Part shown: positions 55,979 through 64,000 of the stretch, one piece after another
Position numbering within the stretch: position 1 is the stretch's first letter
Layout: each line of letters opens with the position of its first letter
Assembly: GCA_964035575.1 (NCBI GenBank)
Contig: OZ037845.1
Coordinates: 620,001-684,000, forward strand
DNA: 64,000 bases
Reading direction: 5' to 3'
DNA from: Rhynchopus sp. YZ270_cl-10
Taxonomy: Eukaryota
Made by a program: the position numbers and the translations under genes
Notes under the pieces: model-generated
What the model was told of the DNA's origin: nothing
Database searches by the model: none
What the model saw: only the letters and a program-made list of their open reading frames with translations

Positions 55979-58048
55979 TTACCAGATACCGCCGCCTCTG
56001 CTCTTTCCTCCCTTCTTGCCTCCCTTTCCTCCCTTGCCTCCGCCCTTGCCACCGCCTCCCTTGCCGCCCTTCTTGCCTCCCTTCTTGCCGCCGAAGTCAA
56101 CCTCCTGGAGCTCGGGGAGCTCTGTGACCTTGAAAAGCCAGTCGTCCTTCTTGAGCTCCTCCTCGAAGTAGTGCTCGGTGTCGTTTCTGATGTCGAAGAC
56201 GGCAGCCCAGCGGTCCTTGGTGAGCTGCATCGAGCAGATGGCAGCCTTGTCGTACGCAACCTCCTCAGGCACAACACGGCGGATGGCTCCCCACGCGTAT
56301 CCGGGCGAGTCAATCTCCCACTTGTGGCTCTTGAACATGTAGCAAGTGTAGCCAGTAGCGTTCGTCAGCAGCGACCTGCTTGGTGGCGGCTTTGTGTGTC
56401 CAGTCGCCATCGCCAGCGCACGCGCCACAGCAATGACAGGCTCGTTTTTGCACTGTGCCAGCATGTCCTTCGCGGACTCCTCGAAGGTGGTCACAATGGT
56501 CGCAGGCACCGCCATCGCATCCGTCACAGCAGTGTTGGCAGCGATCTTCATAACGTCCTCCGGCTGCGGGGCACCAAGCCAGTCAAAGTTGTTCTGCACA
56601 GCACGCTCGATCTGCTGCAAGATGCGCTTTGCCTTCGGCTGGTACAGCGTCACGCAGATACCCTTGCGGCCGGCACGTCCAGTTCTTCCGGATCTGTGCA
56701 CGTATGTCTCCACCTCGGCGTATCCGCTGCGCGACTCCGGTGGGGTGGCGTTGATGACAAGGTCGACAATCATGTCAAGCCCTCTCGCGGCCACGTCGGT
56801 GGCAACAAGCACACGGAACTTGCCCTTCTTGAAGGCATCAAGCGTGGCTTCACGGCTTGCCTGTGCGATGTCTCCGTGGAGCGGCTTGGCCTCGTACATC
56901 AGGTTCGTGTCGCTGCACATGTCGTTGCACTCGCTCTTGGTTCCACAGAACACAATGGTCCTTCCGTTGGCACCTGCGTACATACCGATGCAGTCCGAGA
57001 TGCATGCGGTTCTCGAGGTCCAGTGGGTCATGATGGCGATGTGGCGCACGTCGGTGGAGGCGGTACCCTGTCCGTCGGTCACCATGTCAATGACCTTGTG
57101 GTTCGTCATGTACTTGTTCGCGAGTTCGGTGATCCACGCGGGGACGGTGGCGGAGAAGAGGCAGGTCTGGTGGACGGAGGTGACGTTGGAGAGGATCTCG
57201 TCGGTCTCCTCCTTGAAGCCCATGTTAAGCATCTCGTCAGCCTCGTCGAGGACGACGTGCTCCACCTTCGAGAGGTTCAGGCACTCACGGTTGATCAGGT
57301 CCTGCACACGCCCGGGGGTTCCGAAGATGATGTCGACACCGTCGCGGAGCTTGCGGATCTGCTGCCCGATGGGCGAACCTCCGTAGACGCACAGCACCTC
57401 GAGGGAGGGCGCCACGCTCACAAGCTCGTTTCCGACCTGGTTCGCAAGCTCGCGGGTGGGTGCAAGCCCGAGCACACGGGGGTAGCGTCCCCACTCGGCA
57501 GACTTATGTTTGAGGAGCTTCTCGATGATGGGGAGTCCGAAGGCAAGGGTCTTACCAGACCCTGTGCGCGCCTTACCGACGATGTCTTGGCCGTTGACGA
57601 TGTTCTCGAAGGTGGCGGCTTGGATGGGGAAGAGCTTGTGGATGCCACGCGCTGCGAGGGCCTTCTTGGTGTCGTCGCACATGGGGAAGTTGTTGACGTG
57701 CATGGGGTCGTCGGTGGGCTGCTCGACTTCTCCAGCTGCCTCCACGCTGTCAGAGTCGGAGTCGGAGTCACCCGAGGAGAAGTTGCCGTTCTCCTCAAGC
57801 TTCTGCACAAGCTCCTTGCGCGCCTTCTTCATGGCCTGCTGCTCCATGTCCTCCAGGTGCTCCTGCGACGCCTTGCGCTTGTGCCCCGACAGCGGCGCTG
57901 CTGCAGGCGACTGCTTCGGCGAGAACGTCTTCTTAATGATCTTCCGCGGCGACTTCTTCACAACCACAGGTGCCTCCTCCTCCGCAACCTTCTTCGGCAC
58001 CTTCTTCACCTTCTTGTCTTTCTTCTCGGACACCTTCTTCGTTCCCAT
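55979..58048 (-). CDS. DDX21: Nucleolar DEAD-box RNA helicase DDX21/DDX50-like
   Basis: LFPIQ, ARTGSGKT, PTRELA, DEAD, SAT, HRSGRTGRAG, GUCT-like C-terminal domain, G/K tail. Confidence 0.92.
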   Translation of the reverse strand: MGTKKVSEKKDKKVKKVPKKVAEEEAPVVVKKSPRKIIKKTFSPKQSPAAAPLSGHKRKASQEHLEDMEQQAMKKARKELVQKLEENGNFSSGDSDSDSDSVEAAGEVEQPTDDPMHVNNFPMCDDTKKALAARGIHKLFPIQAATFENIVNGQDIVGKARTGSGKTLAFGLPIIEKLLKHKSAEWGRYPRVLGLAPTRELANQVGNELVSVAPSLEVLCVYGGSPIGQQIRKLRDGVDIIFGTPGRVQDLINRECLNLSKVEHVVLDEADEMLNMGFKEETDEILSNVTSVHQTCLFSATVPAWITELANKYMTNHKVIDMVTDGQGTASTDVRHIAIMTHWTSRTACISDCIGMYAGANGRTIVFCGTKSECNDMCSDTNLMYEAKPLHGDIAQASREATLDAFKKGKFRVLVATDVAARGLDMIVDLVINATPPESRSGYAEVETYVHRSGRTGRAGRKGICVTLYQPKAKRILQQIERAVQNNFDWLGAPQPEDVMKIAANTAVTDAMAVPATIVTTFEESAKDMLAQCKNEPVIAVARALAMATGHTKPPPSRSLLTNATGYTCYMFKSHKWEIDSPGYAWGAIRRVVPEEVAYDKAAICSMQLTKDRWAAVFDIRNDTEHYFEEELKKDDWLFKVTELPELQEVDFGGKKGGKKGGKGGGGKGGGKGGKGGKKGGKSRGGGIW

Positions 58049-58208
58049 TGTAGTGTGTGTTTAGTGTGTGTGCTGTGTACAGTACAATCTGGAGGAAGTT
58101 ACAAAAAATGTCAATACTTTGAACACAAAATAAGAGAGACCATTTTTCTATCTATTCTACTTACAATGGGGGAAACGGGGCGGAAAAAAAGAAGAAAATT
58201 TTAATGCG

Positions 58209-59528
58209 CTACGGCATGCTTGGTTGCCCATAACCCTCTCCCCCCCAATGGTGCTTAAATGCCGCAGACCCTCTCCCGGCGGCTTTCTGCATGAACCAGG
58301 CGCCACCACGTTCTCCAACTTCTGCAGTGTCATTCGTATTCATGCTATGTGACCTATGAAGGTTTTCTTCGGGTTGCTGTTCACGCTGATCCACAAGCTG
58401 CTCTGTAGGCTGTTCAGCTTGCGTCTCAGGTATGTTATAGTACGACTGAAACGGTGGGTCCGGCTGTGTCACATCCAACCCTCCCACAGCGTGAACACCC
58501 ATCTCTGCCACCTCTCCCCCAGCTTGAATAGACACCTCTGGTTGGGTATATTCTTGCTCCCCCTCCCACTCCGCTTGGATCGACATATCGGGGCGGTACT
58601 CTGTGTATGGTTGCTCCTCCGCTTCTGTCGGTTCTGCTTGGATTGATCTGTCTGGACGGTATGTATGCTTTGCCTCTCCTCCGTAATATTCTTCATCCTG
58701 CCACCCTTCTTCGCCTTGCATTGACATAGGGTGGTGCTCTGTTTGATCCGTTTCTGCCTCAGGTTGTAACTCCGCTTGGATTGATCTGTCTGGACGGTAT
58801 GTATGCTTTGCCTCTCCTCCGTAATATTCTTCATCCTGCCACCTTTCTTCGCCTTGCATTGCCATAGGGTGGTGCTCTGTTTGGTACGTTTCTGCCTCAG
58901 GTTCTAACTCCGCTTGGATTGATCGTGGACGGTACGTATCTTGCTCCCCTTGAATTGGATGATACTCAGAATCCTCTATATATCCCGCATCTCTACGAGT
59001 ATCTGATGCCTGGTGTAGGTCAAACCCATGAGAGTTGGGTGGGTATGTACCTTCCTCTTCGTCGTCTTGATCTGCCTGAATTGACATATCTGGTTGGTAC
59101 GCGTCTTCGTGGTAGTGTAGGACCTTAGCGTGCTGCTGTCGTGGTGCGTGGAATGCATTAGGTGAGGCAGCAGCGTTCGGTGCGGGGGGAGGTGAAATGA
59201 ACATTGCACGTACACTTTGTGCGAGGTTCGGTGCGCGGTCATCATGGGTGTATCCTGCAGAAGGCTGGGAAGGGGAGCGCGCTGTGCGATAGACTGCAGG
59301 CGTTGCAGGGTTGTGCGGGGAGGCGCTCTGATGGTGGTGTGCGCACCGTGGGTACCGTGTGTCCATTTCTGCCCGCATCACCTCCTCTTCCACAAGCCGT
59401 GCCACCCAGTCACGTTCCCAGCAACGTCCCATCTCTGCCCTCAACCGCGTACGCCCTTCTTCACTCCGAACAAGACGTGCTCTCCTCTTTGCCAACCACA
59501 CTGCATCCTCTTCTGATACAATGTTCAT
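58209..59528 (-). CDS. Hypothetical acidic low-complexity protein with internal 38-aa repeats
   Basis: Long ORF from ATG 59528; repeated YRPDRSIQAE units (114-bp DNA repeat). Confidence 0.6.
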   Translation of the reverse strand: MNIVSEEDAVWLAKRRARLVRSEEGRTRLRAEMGRCWERDWVARLVEEEVMRAEMDTRYPRCAHHHQSASPHNPATPAVYRTARSPSQPSAGYTHDDRAPNLAQSVRAMFISPPPAPNAAASPNAFHAPRQQHAKVLHYHEDAYQPDMSIQADQDDEEEGTYPPNSHGFDLHQASDTRRDAGYIEDSEYHPIQGEQDTYRPRSIQAELEPEAETYQTEHHPMAMQGEERWQDEEYYGGEAKHTYRPDRSIQAELQPEAETDQTEHHPMSMQGEEGWQDEEYYGGEAKHTYRPDRSIQAEPTEAEEQPYTEYRPDMSIQAEWEGEQEYTQPEVSIQAGGEVAEMGVHAVGGLDVTQPDPPFQSYYNIPETQAEQPTEQLVDQREQQPEENLHRSHSMNTNDTAEVGERGGAWFMQKAAGRGSAAFKHHWGGEGYGQPSMP

Positions 59529-59622
59529 AATGGGAGGAGAGGAGGGGTGTGCTAGGTGGAGGGAGATGAAGGAGAGGGGAGGGGATTGTTTTATTTTTGA
59601 AAACTTGGTAGTATTAGGTGTA

Positions 59623-59862
59623 CACGACGGTGATGTAACGGGTGTTACAAGTGGAGTTACAAGTGAGTTACATGTAACTTTTGTTACATGTAACTCACTT
59701 GTAACCCACTTGTAACCCACCAGTTACAACCTGATTTTGCCTGTAATTCATGTATCCCACTTGTAACTCACTTGTAACTCACTTGTAACTCACTTGTAAC
59801 GGTTTTTCACTTGTAACGTTACAAGTAACTTCACTTGTAATGTACTGTACATCACCGTCGTG
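59623..59862. mobile_element. MITE, 240 bp, TA TSD, internal cacttgtaac repeats
   Basis: TA|cacgacggtgatgta ... tacatcaccgtcgtg|TA. Confidence 0.8.
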
Positions 59863-60526
59863 TAGCCACCCTAGAGTGTGCTCCACTAACTATTTTTTGA
59901 TCAAATAGAAGTGGAATTCTATTATTTCAGGCACGATGTCGAGAGGAGAGGAGAGGGGAGGGGGGAGGGGGAGGGAAATGATTTCAGGGAAAATGGAATC
60001 GAGGCGTGCTGCGTTTTTTTTTTTAAAGGCTCGCGGAAATGGAGGGGGGTGGGGATATGAGCTTTCTATGGGGGTGCTTCTTTTGTGGGTCTGCATATGA
60101 CACAACTCTGCTAAGGTAGATCTTTCGAACAAAGGGTGAAACGAGAGGTGACGTGCCTCTGCAGGACGTCACTAAAAAGGATAAATAATACAAAACGGAG
60201 AGAGTTAGGGGCGACAGGTGGTAAGAAACCGAGATGACAAAGAAAGAAGAAAAAAAAAGGGATACTGTTGAAGAGCGGGGGGGTTAGTTCGATTTTCCTT
60301 TGTTAGGTGTCGCCACGTTTGGCATTGTTTTCAGGTCGTATGGAGGTGAATGAGCGACACGTAGGTGTAACATCGGAGTGACCACCTTTACCAGCGGTAA
60401 CCAACGTCTGACTGTGGATAATTCTTCATGTACTCGACCATGACCTCGCTTCATTACACCTCGCTTGCGGCAACGTATGGTGGCAGAGTACCTTCAGGTG
60501 TATCGTTGTGTCTGACTCCTGCAGCT

Positions 60527-61399
60527 TCACTCGACCATGACCTCGCCCAGAATGCACACCCTCCCCTCCCGACTCTTCTCCCATCGTGCAAGGTGCTCTG
60601 CACGTGAAATCACCACAGCACCGATCTCAGTCTTGTACCGCATCTGTCCCCTGTGCGGCGGGTGGCCAAGGTTCACAAAGTGCACACCCTTCCCCTGCAA
60701 GTGCTTCACCATCGCACAGAGCTGTATCTTCCCCGAGGAGGGATGCCCCTCTGTATCGCAGAAGCCCGTCAGTGATGTGTACACCATGCCCACTGCGTAG
60801 CCGATCTCACCGGCAACCAAGTTCCCAGTGGCTGTGTCCACAAGCTCCACGGTGTAGGGCTGGAACCACGACTTGGCAGGTGTGTCGACGTCGACCAGTA
60901 TACCGTCCCACACCTTTCGGAGCATCGCAAAGTAGCGTGGTCCCAGCCAGTTGTCAGTGTGGTGTTCGCAGATGCGCGACCACACTTCGTCACTCCGTGC
61001 GTTCACTGAAAGCTTATAGCGGTGCCGCCGCACCCGTTTGCGTACAGAACGACCCCAATGCAGGTTTTTGAAGTCAAGCACACAATATTCTTTCTGCATT
61101 TCTGGGATCAGATACACGGGCTCTTGCGCTATGCTGACGAAGCCGTAGTAGCACAGAAGGGCGTAGAATGTGGGCAGCCAGCAGGTCGAGTGGTAGTAAC
61201 TTGTTGTCATGTTGGCGACGATGTTGCCGCGCCAGACGGGGTCCAGGAGGCTGAGGGACCAGCGCCCAGCCTCCTGGAGCTGGTCGTCTGTGTAGTCCTC
61301 ATCCACGTAGCTGAGGAGGTACGCACGGATGCGGTTGCACAGCTCCTCCTCCTCCTGGTCCTCTTGGTCCTCCTCTTCATCCGACGGCACACGGTCCAT
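60527..61399 (-). CDS. Leucyl/phenylalanyl-tRNA-protein transferase-like protein, paralog 1
   Basis: LHWGRSVRK, LSVN, HH..NW, ELVD..LVAGEIGY.VG.VYTSLTGF, GKIQL. Confidence 0.8.
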   Translation of the reverse strand: MDRVPSDEEEDQEDQEEEELCNRIRAYLLSYVDEDYTDDQLQEAGRWSLSLLDPVWRGNIVANMTTSYYHSTCWLPTFYALLCYYGFVSIAQEPVYLIPEMQKEYCVLDFKNLHWGRSVRKRVRRHRYKLSVNARSDEVWSRICEHHTDNWLGPRYFAMLRKVWDGILVDVDTPAKSWFQPYTVELVDTATGNLVAGEIGYAVGMVYTSLTGFCDTEGHPSSGKIQLCAMVKHLQGKGVHFVNLGHPPHRGQMRYKTEIGAVVISRAEHLARWEKSREGRVCILGEVMVE

Positions 61400-62787
61400 T
61401 TGTACACACGCCTCTAACACACACAGCCGCCCTCACCCCCCCAGAGGGCTGAACAGGGTTTATGGGGAGAGAGAGAAAGGGAAGTGGTGTGTAAAAAAAA
61501 GATGAATAGTTATTGATACAGGCTCCGAATGACCCACTGTACGATACCAGCAACAAAAAAGTTGACTTGAAATACAAATCCCTCTCATGACCGGCTGTAC
61601 CGGGGGGTGAACCCCACAACCATCCATTTCGTTTACATCTGATATGAAAAAAAAGGGGGAGGGAAGTCTTTAGGAGAGCAAAGTCGTTTATATCGAAAAT
61701 GTGAAATTGAGAAAGAAAAGTGGAAAGCATAAGGTGAACAAATAAGGCGCAAACATCCTTGATAAGGGAAGAAGTGAGCAATATGCTGAATGCAGGGGAA
61801 TAAGATTTTTTTTTTTTTGAAAAAGATGAATGCGCCTCTCTGACACAATCATCTAAAAAACATCTGTTTCGGGGACGGGTGTGTAAGATAATGATTTGCC
61901 CAGAACCCCTTTTTGGGTGTGCCCCAATGCAAACACGGAGAAAGCTCACACTGTTCTCTTTGATTTAACTAACGCAACGATTTAGCACAAAAAAATATAA
62001 TAGGCTTAACAAACAGCTAGCAGGGATCGAATGGGTTACTTATGCTGGCAGGGGGGAGGCAGGAGGGGTTGCTTTAGGATACGAAAAGTATGTAAACTGA
62101 TGTCACATTATACCTTAATTCAGATTGCGATGCACAGCTGGACAATATATTTTCAAAGATTTGTTGCACATGGTGTAAACGACCTCTGGGGGATTAAGAC
62201 ACCATGCAATAAGTAAAATGTGAGGTCCAAAAACAAAGAAAAGCTTATAAGATGGACCTAAGCCTCTCGTGCTTAGTCACCTTATCATACAAATGAAAGA
62301 GCCTCTCATGGGTGTCCACCTTAGCGCAACCTTCAAGGAAGGGCTAATGGCACAGATCTGCAATAACTCTGCTGTGAGACATGAGGGCAGGTTAGAACAC
62401 AGTGGTATGGCAAAGAAAACTTGAGTGAATGTGCTGAGGGAACGATCCTGAAGAACCCACACCCTGACAGAACAGTAGTAGTAGCCTGTACAGACAGGAA
62501 CTAACACTGAGGTAGTATAAAAGCAAATATATCCTTCGGCGTTCCGCTGTCTCGTAGTGTTCTTATTGGCCCGACAACGTTCGTTTTGGGTACGCACGCA
62601 GAGCACCATATGGATCCAATATCGACATGAGCTTCACTTTGCGGCAACCACGTATGGACCAACGTCTGACTGTGGATAATTCTTCATGTACTCGACCATG
62701 ACCTCGCTTCATTACACCCCGCTTGCGGCAACGTATGGACATGGCAGAGTACCTTCAGGTGTATCGTTGTGTCTGACTCCTTCAGCT

Positions 62788-63600
62788 TCACTCAACCATG
62801 ACCTCGCCCAGAATGCACACCCTCCCCTCCCGACTCTTCTCCCATCGTGCAAGGTGCTCTGCACGTGAAATCACCACAGCACCGATCTCAGTCTTGTACC
62901 GCATCTGTCCCCTGTGCGGTGGGTGGCCAAGGTTCACAAAGTGCACACCCTTCCCCTGCAAGTGCTTCACCATCGCACAGAGTTGTATCTTCCCCGAGGA
63001 GGGGTGCCCCTCTGTATCGCAGAAGCCCGTCAGTGATGTGTACACCATGCCCACTGCGTAGCCGATCTCACCGGCAACCAAGTTCCCAGTGGCTGTGTCC
63101 ACAAGCTCCACGGTGTAGGGCTGGAACCACGACTTGGCAGGTGTGTCGACGTCGACCAGTATACCGTCCCACACCTTTCGGAGCATCGCAAAGTAGCGTG
63201 GTCCCAGCCAGTTGTCAGTGTGGTGTTCGCAGATGCGTGACCACACTTCGTCACTCCGTGCGTTCACTGAAAGCTTATAGCGGTGCCGCCGCACCCGTTT
63301 GCGTACAGAACGACCCCAATGCAGGTTTTTGAAGTCAAGCACGCAATATTCTTTCTGCATTTCTGCAATCAGATACACGGGCTCTTGCGCTATGCTGACG
63401 AAGCCGTAGTAGCAGAAGAGGGCATAAAACTTTGGCAGCCAGCAGGTCGTGTAGTAGTACGTGGTTGCCAGGTCTGCTTCGATGCGGGCACGTGATGCAG
63501 GGTCCATCAGGGCACGTGCCCATCGACCTCCTTCACGCAACTGTTCATCCTCGACAGCATCCAACCGTATACGAGTACGTGTCAAGGTGCTCTGCTTCGA
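62788..63600 (-). CDS. Leucyl/phenylalanyl-tRNA-protein transferase-like protein, paralog 2 (5' end uncertain, probably an upstream exon)
   Basis: C-terminal ~200 aa identical to paralog 1; N-terminus diverged and lacks a clear ATG. Confidence 0.75.
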   Translation of the reverse strand, partial: SKQSTLTRTRIRLDAVEDEQLREGGRWARALMDPASRARIEADLATTYYYTTCWLPKFYALFCYYGFVSIAQEPVYLIAEMQKEYCVLDFKNLHWGRSVRKRVRRHRYKLSVNARSDEVWSRICEHHTDNWLGPRYFAMLRKVWDGILVDVDTPAKSWFQPYTVELVDTATGNLVAGEIGYAVGMVYTSLTGFCDTEGHPSSGKIQLCAMVKHLQGKGVHFVNLGHPPHRGQMRYKTEIGAVVISRAEHLARWEKSREGRVCILGEVMVE

Positions 63601-64000
63601 TGCCAAAGTGAAGCTCATCAGAGAAAAGTTGAAAGTGCAAACACCTCACCTCACCTCACCTCACCAGACACCAGGCAGACAACAAAGTGAAGGTATTAAT
63701 GCAGTCACCTCCGACTGACCCACCAGACAACAAATAAGGGGGCCCGTAATAAAATGTGTATCTGCGAAACTGCCCCTTTTGGTCCAGTTCTTTTCTCCCT
63801 GTCGGATGGTGGGTGGGTTTAGGGACGGAAAAATATGTACATAAAAAAGGTGGGAAAGGGGGGGGATCAATTTATCTACGTGTATTCTGCCTACCTCCCT
63901 GACGGAGGTTGTGGGTCGTGACCTCTCAACAGAGGCCAGAAGGGGGAGGGGGGTGGTGAAAGGTGGAAAGGTGGAAACCGGTAATTGGGAAGCGTGGGTG

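Noticed and set aside
56171..58204. Long plus-strand ORFs opposite DDX21, and similar ones at 46276-48276 and 37730-39061
   Set aside because: Antisense shadows caused by GC3 codon bias and repeats

Overview
Eukaryotic protist DNA, most likely a euglenozoan such as a diplonemid. This is an inference from three things: every host gene is on the minus strand, introns are short with GTATG donors, and snoRNAs are clustered. The first ~25.7 kb is accessory DNA. It holds three tandem copies of a two-exon Crinkler/RHS-type gene (coiled coil + P-loop NTPase + restriction-endonuclease fold), several MITEs, nested hAT-like elements and an intact DD37E Tc1/mariner transposon. The third gene copy carries an apparently intact 8.2-kb non-LTR retrotransposon in its intron (12046-20230, 15-bp TSD). 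That element is the standout. It starts exactly with an HDV-like ribozyme fold. ORF1 encodes an OTU protease and a Tudor-like domain and is separated from in-frame ORF2 by a single TGA-CGG readthrough-type stop. A T2A-like StopGo peptide precedes the APE-RT protein, which ends in two unusual Cys/His repeats and a PCNA PIP box. The remaining ~38 kb contains housekeeping genes (ALYREF, MTFP1, TRM6, NAE1, DDX21, three GSTs, two L/F-transferase-like genes) and two Cys-rich secreted repeat proteins, one with 13 pacifastin-like domains. It also has a tandem C/D snoRNA cluster, a dual-guide snoRNA present in three copies upstream of unrelated genes, and a recurrent 30-nt stem-loop downstream of several genes. 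All calls were made by eye; no searches were run.
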